From assembly GCA_964187785.1 (NCBI GenBank), contig OZ076413.1, forward strand, positions 49,912,001 through 49,976,000: 64,000 nt of DNA. The letters are read 5' to 3'. Below the pieces are notes generated by a model. It ran no database searches. It had not been told where the DNA came from and saw only the letters and a program-made list of their open reading frames with translations. Positions within the stretch are counted from its first letter, which is position 1. Each line of letters begins with the position of its first letter. A program made the translations under genes and the position numbers. The stretch is from Amphiscolops sp. MND2022. Its lineage: Eukaryota. Below, piece by piece: positions 46,900-60,970 of this stretch.

Positions 46900-49680
46900 T
46901 TCAAAATGCCGTAAAATGTTCCATATCAAATGTATGTGTGGGTATCACAGAAAAGCACTCGGAGGAGGAAGATTTTTTCTGCCGACCTTGCGAAGTTGTG
47001 GATACAGGTTCTCCACTGCCCCTTACCGTTGATACTTTAATAGTTGTCACTAAAGCAAGCCCCACCAATCTGGAACGAGTACACAAACACGCACGTATTC
47101 CATTAGTTAAGCTTCTCAACAAAGCGCTTGATGGCATAGTAACAAAACCACCTGACGAATCGTGCTGTGTGTTTTTTCTTTGAAACAGCCAAAACGATCT
47201 GGCAAACGACAAAAATCTGATATGGGGAGTATCATATGCGAGAGAATCTTTAAAGGTGTAGTTCTTGGCGATCTTGTCGTCCCGCGTGAAATGAAGGACA
47301 TCAAATGTAAACTCAAGCAAGAATGCGGAAAAAGGATCAAATTGTTCTCCGCCAAGCTTGATGAAGGAAACGTCCGAATGGGAATAAGACTAGCAGCGTC
47401 TGACGACACGGAAGCCCCATTTGACGACAACATTCACGAAAAACTTCAGTCAAAACATCCCCCTCGAAGGGCAAATCATGCTCAACAAGTTGTTGAAGAT
47501 AGCTCAATTACGTTTGAACCCACCGTAGCGAAGGCAATCAACTCCTTCCCCTCTGCATCTTCCGGAAGACCAAGCCTAATTGTGCCTCAGTTGTACAAAA
47601 ACCTTATTGCGAAGAGCAACGGGCCCAAAGGCAACGAGTTCCTCCAGAAGCTAACAAGCGTACTGAAAGTTGTCTGAGAGGGCAAAGTCACTGTAGGTTT
47701 GAGAACTTTTTTCTTTGGTGCTCAACTTATCGGTCTTCGGAAAAAAGACGGCGGAATTCGACCAATTGCTGTTGGAAAAACCCTGCGTCGAGTATGCTTA
47801 AAATGTGTGAGCTCCTTCGCGACTGACCAACGACGAATTGATTTTGTTGGTATGCAGTTCGGTTACAGAACGATTCGTGAACCTGAAATCGCAGCACATG
47901 TTTTTCGAAACATCATTGGGAAAGAGTAGAATCCTGAAAGCGTTATTCTGTACAGGAATTTCGATAATGCTTCTAACTCGCTGAAACGAGACAATATGGT
48001 AGACAACGTTTTTCGAAAACGACGCCAGATTTACAATTATACGCATTCTGCGTATAGCGAAACTTGTCATCATTCCTTCTAAGAGAAAGTTATTCAATCG
48101 CGAAAGGGCAGTCAGCAAGGTGACCCCCAAGGTCCAGTTCTCTTCTCGGACACTATTAAAAGACCTCGGTAACCATTTGATTTTACAATATATTGTTTGG
48201 TACTGCGACGACGGGAATCATTGGGATGACTCTCGGACAGTTTTTGAGGACCTCAAACGAATCCTTTCTAGCGCCAACGAGTTGGGGTTATCAGTTGAAA
48301 AAAATGAATGTTACCTGATCTTCATCCGAAATTGTACCGAAAGCTCAAAAAAGATAACCCAAGAGCTATTTGACGAATGTTGTCCGGTTAATAAAATCGA
48401 GGATCGTGAGAATTTGGAAATGTAATGCTCGACAATGAGCGCAAATGCTCGTCGAGTCCTCTTGAACAAAACATGACTGACTTAAAAAGACTCTCTGAAG
48501 TCGTTACAAAATTAGACGCCCACTGTGGTTTCTATATGTTGATGAACTGCTTCAGTCTACCTAAGCTACTATACTTTTTTCGTCCCATCCCTTGATTTGA
48601 AGAAATGGTCCTCATACAGAAGTTTGATTCCAATATTGGCAAATCATTGTCCAAAATCTGCTATAAAAAGTTTAAAGAAAGCAGCTATACTCAGGTGATT
48701 TTCCCAGTCTCCAAAGGGGGCATAGGCATTGCATCAGCTTCCATATTGCTCTTCCTGCTTTTTTAGTTTCAGTAACGGGCGCCAAATATGCCCTGTCGTG
48801 TGTCCTCCCGGAAGACTACGTTGATTCATCGTTTGAAAAGGTTTTGAACTTGCGGCTGACGAGGGTGGACCTATCAGAAGCACAGTGGGACTTCATCCAA
48901 AAACATTGGACGTCTCCTATGAGCGATGTTACTTTTGATCAACTTAAAGCAGACATTGATTCGGAAAATGTTGAACGGTTACTAAGACCCCTCTGGTTTA
49001 GCTGGGATGAATGTTGTACCAACCAAAACTCTCTGCCTGAAGTTAATAGATTAGCAACTGCGCATCTCGTTATCCCTCCGCCTGGGTGCGAAAATTTGCG
49101 AGAGACACACTTGTCGTTGTGGTAAACTTGTCGAAGAGAACGGACATCAAGGCCTTTTCTGTGCCAGATGCGCGGGACCTTTCTCGAGGCACCATAACCC
49201 CAATACTCTTGTGAAATTGGCGCTGAGTTCCATAAAAGTTCCCTCAATTTTCAAATCAAATGGAATGACCCGATCAGACGGCAAACGCACAGATGGAAAT
49301 ACTCTAGTGCCCAGGGAGTAAGGCAAGCAATTAGTTTGGGATGTTACTTGTGTCAATCTTCTCGCTCCCAGCAGAATAGAGAACGCGTCTATTGCCAACT
49401 AATGCACAGCAAGAGAGGATGCAGCGGAATTGAAAAAGGCTAAGTACGTTTGTTGGACTGACAAAGGAAACATCTTCCAACACTTAGCCTTTGAAATTCA
49501 TAGAGGAGTCGGACATTCCACGTCTATTTTCTTGAAAAACATCTTTAAATTTTTGTGCGTGTGCAATTAGGAAAATAGAGCCGGGTCGTTTTTCAGACAG
49601 AGGCTCTGTCTCGTAATCCAGGCAAGCAATGCGGCCAGTGTGGTTGGAAATGTTAAGGACGAAGACCACTTATGCGAACT
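46900..49680 (+). mobile_element. CRE-like non-LTR retrotransposon, long but decayed
   Basis: KKDGGIRPIAVGKTLRR, QQGDP, WYCDDG, DGKRTDG...GKQLVWDVTCV. Related to 18812-21725. Confidence 0.8.
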
Positions 49681-51660
49681 TTACTACTTGTAAATCTGCG
49701 TTTGATAACCGTTTTGGTTCAACAAGAATTATATGTCTTCTTTGCTTTGTAATCGTTACCATTTCACATGCCTCATTGAGTTTCTGAATTGTGATTTGCT
49801 TGGGTCCCTTGAACTCTCTGGTTGCATGTTCTTGTTTCTCAATTTTGTTCATGTTTCTTTTGTTTGTTGGAGTTTTTTGTTGACTGGAGGCTTATATTGA
49901 ATAAAGAAGCGTTTTTAAGAAACGCTGATTGATGACGACGATCCAGTTCTGATGAAAAAATAGCAATTTCATCTTTCTAGAGGGGAATATCTGCATTCAT
50001 TCCGCATCTTTGACAAAATTTGAAAGCTGAATTGACGTTAGTTTGAAACTTGTTGAACATCAATTTGCTGTCTAGGGTCACAGCTTCGCCTGCCTAGAGA
50101 TAAAGCGACATGTTTGGGTTGCATGTGGCCGTTGTGATGTTTTTACACATGTGTATTAGATAGTTTCATATAATGATACGAGTGCTCAAAATAACTCAAA
50201 ATAAAGAAAATAAAATAAGTCAAAATAAAGAACCAACTCCAGAATAGCCGCTGCAAACTGTTCATGCAAAAAAGTGGTAAAGGACGATGACCCCTCAGGG
50301 ATTGGATGCCATGGTTGTGTGAAGTAGTTTCATGGCCAATGTGTCTCACTCGCGAAAGAAGAAGTCAAATTGCTGGGGTCCAGAACGAATTGTCTCTGGA
50401 TGTATGATGCTTTTCTTGAAGTCAATTCTTCAATCATACCCGAAGCTAAGTCTTTTTGATTACAACATAAAAATATAACATCCTTTTTAAAAACCATCAC
50501 TGGTAAAATCGATTTTCTCCAAGAAGTTGTTCCCAAACAAAACTCAAAAACATTGGCTTATTCTCCCGCTGACAAATCTGAAATAAAAGCTGTTATGGAA
50601 AAAAGCCTGGAGGAAAAATTAGTTGCCAGTGGTTATCGCAAACTCGTTGAAAGATTCCATTAAAACGACTGTTTCGAAAAATGATCGGCCTCAAAGTTAT
50701 GTATCCTCCAGTGTCCAATTTGTTATCACAGGTGTACCCGAAGTCGTTGGTCCCTTATCTGATCTCCATGAGTCTGACTCTAGTCATGTGAATAGTGTTA
50801 ATATTTTTCTGAATGAAAAGTCAGAGGGCAATATCAATTCCATTCGTCGACACGTCAAAAAGAAAAACGAATCTACGGATACCAACAAGTCCTTTATTGA
50901 CAACATAAGAAAATGACCGTGATTGGTTTGTAGAAAGATGTTTCCATGATAGCTACAAACTCCAACAATCCAATCTGAAAACGTTTCTCGCTTCAGCTGA
51001 GAGCTCATTGGAGAAAATTAATCTATGCAAACTGTTTTCCATGGTCCATGGAAAAACGCTAAAAAGCATGACTTTAAAATCAAAAATTTGGTTCTTTTAT
51101 AAACCAAAAGAGATGAAGAGTACAGATAAATTACCCTCCCATCTAAATACTGCTGTCATAAATTGTCAATCTCTGAAAAGTTAATCAATACAACAAAAAC
51201 TAAAGAGTCTGATCGTAGTCCATGATATCCAACTTTTTTTCCTGTGCGAAGCCTTCCTGCATACTGAAATAATGACCTCTGAAGTCTTCCTTGCTGAATG
51301 TCGAATTTCTTCACTGGATTCCGTTAAATCCAAATTCCTGTGTTGCTCAGTTTGCTGCGTTGATGTTTGTTTTGAGTAAATGAATTTTTCTGACACATCC
51401 AGTAGAATGTTCATAGAGGCTTTTAAATGTGGAGTTGTGTTGTTAGTTCGATCGTTATCATCAATGGCAAGCCAGTTACAATTTAGTTCATTTTGATCTG
51501 TTCAGTGATTTTATCAATCAACCATTATTTGGAAGATGACTTTTGTTCGGTACTTTTGTAAAACTTTGAACATCTTCATTCAAATAAAATTTCCTCTGGA
51601 ATAGGACATAGGACACCCAAAAGCGGAGCATAAGCAGTGTCGTCAACAGTTCCGCAGTTT

Positions 51661-54600
51661 TAATAATAATAATAAAGGCTTTAGGACAAGGTCCGGGGAT
51701 GTGTTAATCCCCAGTTTTTGTTGTTTAGTTCATGTTGCTTTTGGAAAATTGGTTTTCTTCACTTCCTTGCAAGTGTGCATTCACATAAGAGTCTCCTGGT
51801 ACGCAGAGTTTTTTCTCAAAAACTTGCTTCGAAGAATTGTCGATACAAATAACAGAGTTTCGGTTTGTAGTCCTTGTGGAATAAAAAAGTCTTGTCTGAA
51901 GTAATCGTTACATATATGGGCGAGATGACATGCCCGTTTCCAGATACCTGGTTCACACTTTTAGAGGCAAAAATTTCGGCATTTGAAAGTTTCTGCCACT
52001 TGGGTCCGAGTGGAACCTAATTCTGTCATTGTGACGAATATTCTCCAGTCAATATCTTCATCTTTGTTCAAAAATTTGGCGAAGAGAAGCAAAACATGCA
52101 ATTCATGATGTAGGGAGAGAGGCAGAATTCCGAGGGTCAACAGCTTCTTTTTGTAACGCAAGATTTTGCCTGGTGGAATTCAACTGGCCGATTTCTGCTG
52201 AACCATTCTTGAGATTGCTTTTGGACGGCTGCCAAAGAGCAGAACTATAGCTTATAATTGGGACAACGTAGCTGACAGGCATTTTTTCTATTTAGCTCAG
52301 GTTCTGCTTCAAAGCAAAGAGTGAGTTGAGAGCTTTCCCAGCCCGCTTCTAGACATGCTCGTCCCTTGTTAGAGAGCTTGAGACAGTTAATCCAACATCC
52401 TTCCTTCATGCAGTCTGTGCCTTCGAAAGCATAATTATTCACACCGAACTCTCCATTTCCTTTCAGGGGAAGTACTTTACTTTTTGTCATATTAATTTCC
52501 TTGAAACTCTTTTCGCACCATTTCCATATCTTACGCACGTCGAGGTGCGCATTAAGAGTATTATCACTGATGAACTTGAAATCGTCTGTGTCACCAAATT
52601 TTTTTGAGAGCGCACGCTCGATTAGATCGTTTATCGAGAGTAGGAAAAATGGGGGACCAAGAAAAAAACCTTGCGGAAAAACACTCAGAACCGGTAACTC
52701 GCTGGAAGCACTGTTTGTAATTTGACAGTCTGTGCTCTGTTTTCCAGATAGCTTTTGATGAGTTTTAGAGCTGGACCTGGTATGCCACTCTTGGACAGTT
52801 TTTTTATTAGTAAAGGGTGATTGAGTTTATTGAACGCCTGTTGAAAATCGACATCGAAAGCGGCTAAATCATTAAATGTTGTGTCGTCAATTTCCTCATA
52901 CAGGGCATGTAGGTACTCGATCAGGTTGGTTATAGTTGAGCGTCTTCTGCAGAAGCCGTGTTGAGTATTTGAAAGTGCGTAAGGATGGGCACAAGTTAGT
53001 TGGATATATACTTCTCAAGCTTTGAAACAGTAGACAGTAGGCTAATGGGTCTGTTGTTAGATGCTATTTGCTTGTCTCCGTCATTGAAAAGTGGAACAAC
53101 TTAGCTGGTTTTGCATTGTGTCGGAAAGACACATTTGTTAGCTATAAGGTTGAAGAGTAAATGAAGTGACTTTGGTATCGAGTCGGATAAGTTTCTCAGA
53201 AGTGCGTTTGAGATTTTGTCTGGACCCTTCGCTTTAGTTACATCAAGTTTGACTAGAGCCTTGTATAATTCATTGATGTTGAAGTGGAATTCAGTCAGTC
53301 GTGTGCAAGTTGATTCCTCAATCTTTGAAAATATTCGCTTTCTCAACATCAGATTTGCCGTATTATCGTCAAGGTAATGTTGAATGGACTGGTGGTTCGA
53401 AAATTTATTATACTTTTGTAAGTTCAAGAATTTCCCTTCTCGGAAAGAGGATGTCTCATATTGATATTGATCTGCTGCTAAGTGAAGTTAAGGTTCAGTT
53501 TGAAGGCATTCGATTTTCCGTTCTTTGAAGGTCGAGAGAGTGCGTGAGTATTCAGTTTGCTTCGTCTCCAGTTTTTCGATAAGAAGAGAGGTTTTTGATG
53601 TGATGGGTGCTAGGTGCATTCGATGTTTCGTTCTAACTGGTATATGATCTTTTAGAAATTTGTAGCGCCATTTATGCTACAAGTCAAGCATCAAGTCCAC
53701 ATTGCTCAAACAGTAGGGGTTGAATGGGTTGTGTTTTACGAAGTCATTTATCTGTTTCCAGTCAACCTTGTCGAAAGCAAAAGGAGAAAAGTTATTTCCT
53801 GTTGTTTCTATGGGCATTGGGAAGTGAGAGTGCTTCACGAGAAGATTCAACTTGGCTCCGTTTGGTGGTTGGTTAGAGTTGAAGAGGGATTCAAGTTGGT
53901 TGTCAACTCCTACCTCGAGGAAAACATCAGGTGTGTTTCACAAAAGGATATTGAGTGACTTCCTCTTTTTTGTTATGATTTGCTGTTGTAAGTTTGCGGA
54001 CGTCAACTCTTCGAGGCAGTACTGTTTACACGTGGACGGTCTTTTCGGTTTATATCATATTTTGACAAAAATATAGCTGCATCGGTAATTGGTTCAGTCA
54101 GCCAAGTTTCAGTGAGGCATGTTTTGTCGTAGACGTTGGCTACTTGAAGTGCATTTGAGAATTTGGTTCTTCGTTCCGTTTCCAGGATGCTTCGTATGTT
54201 GTTCACCAGCAGGCTGATCGTTATTGTTACTCAAGTCTCTCTCTCTGTCCGAGGCTGCTCACTTTCAACTTTGGTCCATTGATTGTTTTTCCGTATGTAC
54301 AAGAAGCAGTATTTGATACGGAGATCTTTTGATTTTGTGCCCTTGTCGATCAGGTCACGTCTTTTCACTAGAGCTTCGTTTTCTCAACATCAGATTTGCC
54401 GTATTATCGTCAGGGTAATTGTGAATGGGCAGGTGGTTCAAAAATTTATTATAATTTTGTAGAGTCGAGAAAATCCCTCCTTGGAAAAAAGATGTCTCGT
54501 ATTGATATTGATTGTCTTTTAAATGAAGTGAGAGTTCAGTTTGAAGGCATTCGAGTTTCTGTTCTCTGAAGGTCGAGGGAGTTCGTGAGTTTTCAGATTG

Positions 54601-56440
54601 CTTCGTCTCCAGTTTTTGATAAGATGGGAGGTTTTTGATGTTACCCAGGGTGCTAGGTGCACTCGGTGTTTCGTTTTATTTGGTATGTGATCTATTAGAC
54701 TTTTGTAGAGCCATTTATACCACAAGTCAAGCATCAAGTCCACATTGGTCAAACAGTAGGGGTTGAATGGGTTGTGTTTTACGAAGTCATTTATCTGTTT
54801 CCAGTCAACCTTGTCGAAAGCAAAAGGAGAGAAGTTATTTCCTGTTGTTTCTATGGGCATTGGGAAGTGAGAGTGCTTCACGAGAAGATTCAACTTGGCT
54901 CCGTTTGGTGGTTGGTTAGAGTTGAAGAGGGATTCAAGTTGGTTGTCAACTCCTACCTCGAGGAAAACATCAGGTGTGTTTCACAAAAGGATATCGAGTG
55001 ACTTCCTCTTTTTTGTTATGATTTGCTGTTGTAAGTTTGCGGAAGTCAACTCTTCGAGGCAGTACTGTTCTTCCCAGTGTGTTGAGGTCATCGACGGCCA
55101 GTCAGTATAACTGAAATTGATGTTTCCCACAATGATGCAACATTTGGTATTAAATTCGTACTTCTTTTTCAGAAATTTTACCAAAGAGATGAACTGGAAT
55201 GTTGGCCATGAGTAAGAGCTATCACTTAGGGCGCTGTAATGGCAGCAGATTGGCTGCTTGACAAGAAGTCTGGTGGTTACAGAATAAGAAAGGTTACATT
55301 CAATGGGACAGTTTGGAATGTTTTTGGAAACTCCGTTTAAAACGCCACCATGTTTCGTAGGACCGTTTACACTTGGCCGGTCTTTTCGGTTTATATCATA
55401 TTTCGACAAGAATATAGCTGCATCGGTAATTGGTTCAATCAGCCAAGTTTCAGTGAGGCATGTTGTGTCGTAGACGCCGGTTACTTGAAGTGCATTTGAG
55501 AGTTTGGTTCTTCGTTTCGTTTCCAGGATGCTTCGGACGTTGATCACCAGCAGGCTGATCGTCATTGTTAGTCAAGACTCTCTCTCTGTCCGAGGCAGCT
55601 CACTTTCAACTTTGGTCCATTGATTGTTTTTCCGTATGTACAGGAAGCAGTCTTTCATACGGAGATCTTTTGAATTTGTGACCTTGTCGATCAGGTCACG
55701 TCTTTTCATTAGAGCTTCGTTTTCTAACACAGTCTCCTCCTTCGACAATTGTGGTGATGAAAACAAATTGACTGTTTCTTTTTCAGTTTTATTGCAGAGG
55801 AAAGAATCATTCTCCGCTGCCACACGTTGGGAACTCTTAGTAAGATCGTTCACGTTTTCTTTTCCTCGTACTGCCCAAGTCTAATAATGTCACCAATTTC
55901 CGCATTCACCTCAAGGTGTGACAGGATTTTGTTAACCTCGCTGTAACCGTGTTCCTTTCTCAGCCTGGCATACTTTTCCGTCAGCTCTGGAAAACCGCGT
56001 AACCTGATTCCATCCAGTTCTTCTGTCCGCTGTGGTAATTTTTCCTTAGGCTGGATAGATCTGGATGCCTAGGTAAAGCAAAGCGTGTCTTGTTCTTCAC
56101 TAGGAAAGAATTTATTTCAGTGACTGTTTTTTCAATTTAACCAATTCAGACTCCAGATACTCCATTCGTGTAAAATTTCGAATTTCATTTGATTGGGCTG
56201 TGGTAATCTGATCGCACTTTTTACTTACGCAGAGGTTACATAGCAGTACGCAATTCTTTCCGAGTGCATTAATGCCTTTCAAAGCAGTCTCGTTCAAGCT
56301 GGTACATTTTTTGTGAGGTGCATCCTGCAACCGCAGGCGAAGCAGTCAAGCGAACTTTCGTTGTTTTGAAAGTTCTCATTACAAGTCAAGCAGCGGTCCG
56401 AGGCAGACTTCAGTCGAGCACGTGTGTTGTGAGGGTTCAT
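51661..56440 (-). mobile_element. CR1-like LINE, near full length, with internal duplication
   Basis: ORF1 with PHD-like Cys pattern; APE (NVRS, CLTETWL, GGVL); RT linker KAKGPDKISN; 3' hairpin and (ATT)n tail at 51661. Confidence 0.85.
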
Positions 56441-56519
56441 TGCTTGAACTCAGGCAGGTAGGTAGGTTTCCAGCCAGAGACTCAAAAAGCTAACCTTCTA
56501 TTTTATTTTTTTTTCTTTT

Positions 56520-57295
56520 GATACCTTTGTCTGTCGGCTGTGGTTGTTCTTTTTGAACCATGGATATTGAATTCATGCCCAATCTGTGGATAGCAGAGTA
56601 GTATCACTGAGAGCGTTCTGAGTTTTTGATTAATCGTTTATTGAAGCACCCGATACCTCTAGATTATTGTGTCGTTGAGTTGCTCCGATTTGCTGATGAT
56701 TTGTTTTATAATATCAACCACGAAACAGTTCTGTGAATTGTGGTGCAAATGGAAGATGTTTGGTGTTCCGTTGCGTTGACAGTAGACTATACAGCAAAGA
56801 TTTGGTATAATATTGAGAGTTTTTATCAGTTAATTTGGGGACAGAGTTGTATCGTTATGGGTGCTCTGGCTCGAAATCGAGTTGTTGATTAAGTCATGCC
56901 ACAAAATTATTGTTTTTCTCTATATACCTTTCGCAAGAAATTGGTAACTTTTCGAAGCGTTTGTGGAGTTTGGGTTTAGACCGGGTTTCGAATACACTGT
57001 GTCGCTTTTTGAGTCTCTTATTGAGTCGAGGGCAGGGTTCTTGATGGAGATTTTCATACGCAAGGTGGGGAAAAAGTGGGTGTGTCAGAATATAATGGAA
57101 AGAACGTTTCTGAGTGAGGCCTGGACTTCGCAGTGGGGTGGAGTAGATTTCCTGTCCTTGCTCTGTCCACTGTTGGATACTTTTGACAGATTTTATAACA
57201 GGTTGTGATGCAGTAGAAAAATTGAATGGGGCCACCAGAACTGTCCCAAGCAATCAATTCAATCTGAAACTATTTAATAATAATAATGATGATAA
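56520..57295 (+). mobile_element. Possible decayed LINE 3' fragment
   Basis: LRFADDL near 56685 and a (TAA)n run at 57275. Confidence 0.35.
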
Positions 57296-57527
57296 TAGGA
57301 ACTAATATAATTGTTTCATATAGCACTGAAACAAAATGTTTGAACTGTTAACTTGACATGTTTTCTCGGAACCGATGTTGACAATGCTAAGAGGCATGTA
57401 AATCCGCTAGGTGACTAGGTGAGCCTTGGTGACTGGGTAACTTGGTAAAATTTGACTAGTTGACTGGGTATTTTACTTTTAAAAATAGGGTAAATCTTGT
57501 TATTTTTAACAGTGCAAAAAGGCAGAT

Positions 57528-58990
57528 ATGTCAGGAAACGCAAGTGACGTTGAAAACAGCGACGACCCCAACCAGCCAGAGTTCCAGGAGTATGTACCAA
57601 GCGACAATACAGATTCTGATGACTCGTATCAAACCCTTCCAGCAAACACTTCGCCAAAAAGGGATCTCCTTCGAAGGGTGACGGTACGTCCTTCTTTTTG
57701 GAATACATCCGTTCAAGAAGTCACCCAGTACCCGTAAAACATCAATGGGGACACAATCTTAATGTTGGACAAAACAATTAAGACATATGATCAATGTCGA
57801 TGGGGAAAGCAGTCGGCAACGACAACGAAAAAATTAAAAATCAACGCAGCATCATTTCCTGGAAAGGCGTTTTACCAAAATTGTCGTGGTAGCTGTTCTG
57901 TTCCAATTTATCGTGCTCTTATCAAACAGAATTCAAGGGGATTAACACGTCGTTACTTAAGCGAAAAGATTACTGTCGCGAGTGTAAGAAAAAGATGGAG
58001 ACCAAAAAATGCAATGTCAGACGATATATTGGAAAGACCGCTAACAATATCATAATTGCTCAATACGGCGAGCACGATTGCGACTGTCCACGCAGAAAAA
58101 CAGAGTTTCAAATCTGCCAATTTCATTTTGCGCAACAGAAGGCCAGGGTGAATCGAATAGATTTTGTGGAAGCAGATTCTATATTGTTCCGAGATTTGAC
58201 AGGGAAATTCATTAATTCTGCTACAACAGTCAGTTTTGATAACACTATTGAGGCTCCGAACCTTCTCAGAGAAAAGTACCCTGCCGTCGACGTTTTTGTG
58301 AATTCCTACTCTCAAGTCAAGCATAAGATTGTCAGATGTTTTTTGAAATCCTCTCGTCCAATTCAGTCGTCAAGTTTGGCAGAAACCAGTAACTGACGAA
58401 ACAAGGGCAACCGACATCGTCACAAGGTCCGTCTTAAGAAGATCTTTCAGTCAGGCAAGTGACTCGTTTGTAGCAGTCAGTTTCAAGTGTGGCAGAAGTA
58501 GTCACTCATAAGCTGCAAACCGCGGAATCGAATCCTGAATCGGTTATTTTATCTGCAGACACATTCCACACACAGATCCCACCCGATCGCACAGAGTTGA
58601 TAATAGAAAAATTACGTCTGATAAAGAGCGGAATCCTGATGAAAAACCCCACGGTGTTGATACAAGGACACAGCCTTCAAAACGTATCAAAAGGACACTT
58701 GGACAAGTGTGGCCTTATTCAACTGGAAAGCGTTATTTTGTGTCGTCGTTTGAAAAGCACCAGAATGAGCTGACATTTATCATTCGAAATTCAAATGTAA
58801 CCGAATTTGTCGTCATCAAGGATTTCCCAAGTTGCTCCTGCTCCTGGCGCCTAACGCATCCAACCAAGTTTGACGACACATTATTCGGGTGCTTCTGTAT
58901 GTATGTGACGTCTCTTGCAAATCGGCTGTTTTGTTTCAACTTGCTTATAGTGATACTGAACTTCAGACAATCGTAAACGGTGCGCCATTG
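57528..58990 (+). pseudogene. Decayed transposase-like gene with SWIM-like motif
   Basis: Acidic N-terminus, YGEHDC, PSCSCS; preceded by repeated GGTGACTAGG / GGGTAACTTGG motifs at 57408-57470. Confidence 0.35.
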
Positions 58991-59036
58991 ATTTTTTCTC
59001 ACTTATCTGTTGACCTTAAATGCCCAATACTTGATG

Positions 59037-59081
59037 AGAAGAAGAAAAAGAAGAAGAAGAAGAAGAAGAAGAAGAAGAAGA
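59037..59081. repeat. (AAG)n microsatellite, probably a LINE tail
   Basis: About 14 AAG units next to the 3' end of a minus-strand LINE fragment. Confidence 0.85.
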
Positions 59082-59089
59082 GATGAATT

Positions 59090-60135
59090 AACCTTCGGGA
59101 TGTGGCAGTATAAATGACTTTCTACCATTGATTCCAGAACAAAGTAAATGGTTTAAATAGAATTGACACAAACGGAAGGCAAGTGAGGATTGCAGGGTTA
59201 TAAGAATTAATCGATGCTTGCAATAAAGCCAGCCAACGCGCTTATAACATGCTTGATTTCGCAATTTAGCAAACCAACTAGTGTTTCGTCATTTTTTTTA
59301 AAATTTTTAAGCTCCTTAATGAAACTCCTTCGGTCTTCTTGGTATGAGACACAGAAAATAAGAAATGTGCAGTACCATCGAGAACTCTACAACAGCGACA
59401 ACTATCGGTTTTGCTCTTTTTACTTCTGAATAATACTTCGGGTACTTCAAAATCATTCATTAGAACACGTAGCGTTTTGACAAACGTTCCTAGGATATGG
59501 TGCGAGCATTTTCATGATGCTGTTTCTTACTTTAAGCCCTGAGTAATTTGAGTACATAAGACCTTGCTTTATTTCCCGTTGTCATAAGTGCCTGCAATAC
59601 TCATCCACCTCCTTATTAAAAGTACTGACTGAGGATTGTCTAGCATATTGTATGTATATTGCCTTAATTTCATCAGGATCACTGTTTACAATTGAAAGTT
59701 TGTGTACTAAAAATAATCCCATCATATTAATACGTTGGGGTATGATTGCTAAAATACCTGGGTTCAGAATATCTGCACTTCTAGCAGTTGAAAGTAGAAA
59801 CATTAATACTTGATTTGTGTAGAGTAGAGAAGTAGGCCGATTATTACTTAAAACACTAATTACGTGTTTCGATACTTGGTAGTTTCTTATCCCAAAGATA
59901 GATTTATGAACACTCCACCACATCTTGTCGAGAGATGTCATATTTTGATGAAACCAAATAGTCATACAGTACGTGATACGTTGTTTCACATATGAATCAA
60001 AGATACGTACAGCGTAAAATGGATTTAATCCTTGCGTTATAAGTATACTAGTTTCTTTCCAGAAATTACCCATTGAGGCAGAGATAATGGCAGCATGTGT
60101 TTTGAAACTTGAATCTCGCTCAAACCATACATCTG
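59090..60135 (-). mobile_element. LINE ORF2 C-terminal fragment
   Basis: FKTHAAII...RIFDSYVKQRITYCMTIW resembles the post-RT region. Confidence 0.5.
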
Positions 60136-60411
60136 AGAATAATTGATATAAACTTTAGAAGTGCTATATTGTAACAATTTATTTATATGAATGCATAAAA
60201 TCCAGCTTAGTTCAATAATTTTGCCGTAGCGACCTGTACATTTAATTTATAAAGTCCCAAGTTTCGTCTAAAACCAGATAGTTTTGATCTATGTCATCGT
60301 TAATTGTCTCAATTTACAGTTTTCTGACTATTAGTTTTGCTAAGTGTTTCAGAATTTATGTAACGCATAATGATCAATGTTAAAACTAGAATAACAAAGG
60401 GTAACTTGGTA

Positions 60412-60457
60412 ACAAAAACAAAAACGTTTTCGGCTTTAAAGCCATCATCAGTTATCT
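60412..60457 (-). ncRNA. Minimal type I hammerhead ribozyme motif
   Basis: GATAA-CTGATGA-tGGCTTTAAAGCC-GAAA-ACGT-TT-TTGTT downstream of the GIY-YIG ORF. Confidence 0.65.
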
Positions 60458-60970
60458 GAAAGTAAAACGAAAATGCTTTTGTTGAAGCAGGTGTTTAAAA
60501 CGAGATAAAGATTTTGTAAAATGAAATAACATAAAACCAGGGAAGGAAGTCACAATTTATTCGAAATAATATCCATGTCATATTCGAACAGTCAGGGGCG
60601 TCTCGTTTGTTTGTCTTTTGAGTTGATAGACGGCTTCAGTTTCTCAATAAACAGCGTTTCTAAAACCGCTAACTTGAGAAGATTGAAGCAAGATCCAGGA
60701 TTGAACTTGAAAACTCATCGACATTACATTCCACCAGATGCTGTTTGACATGTGCATTTTCCTTGAGATGCTCGGCGAGACGAGTTTTCAAGTGTCGGGA
60801 GGTCATTCCGACTTAGCAGGTGTGACAGCCTGAACAATCAAGTTTGTAAATAACTCTACTCTTGAGCTCATCTGGAATCCTGTCTTTCAAATTGGAAATG
60901 ACGCTCTTCAATTTTCTTGTAATGAAGACAACCGAGACGTTTGATGTTATCGCTCTCACTTTCCTCATAA

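Noticed and set aside
49945..49990. Second hammerhead (CTGATGA)
   Set aside because: No stem II followed by GAAA.
58889..59086. Poly-lysine ORF
   Set aside because: Translation of the (AAG)n microsatellite.
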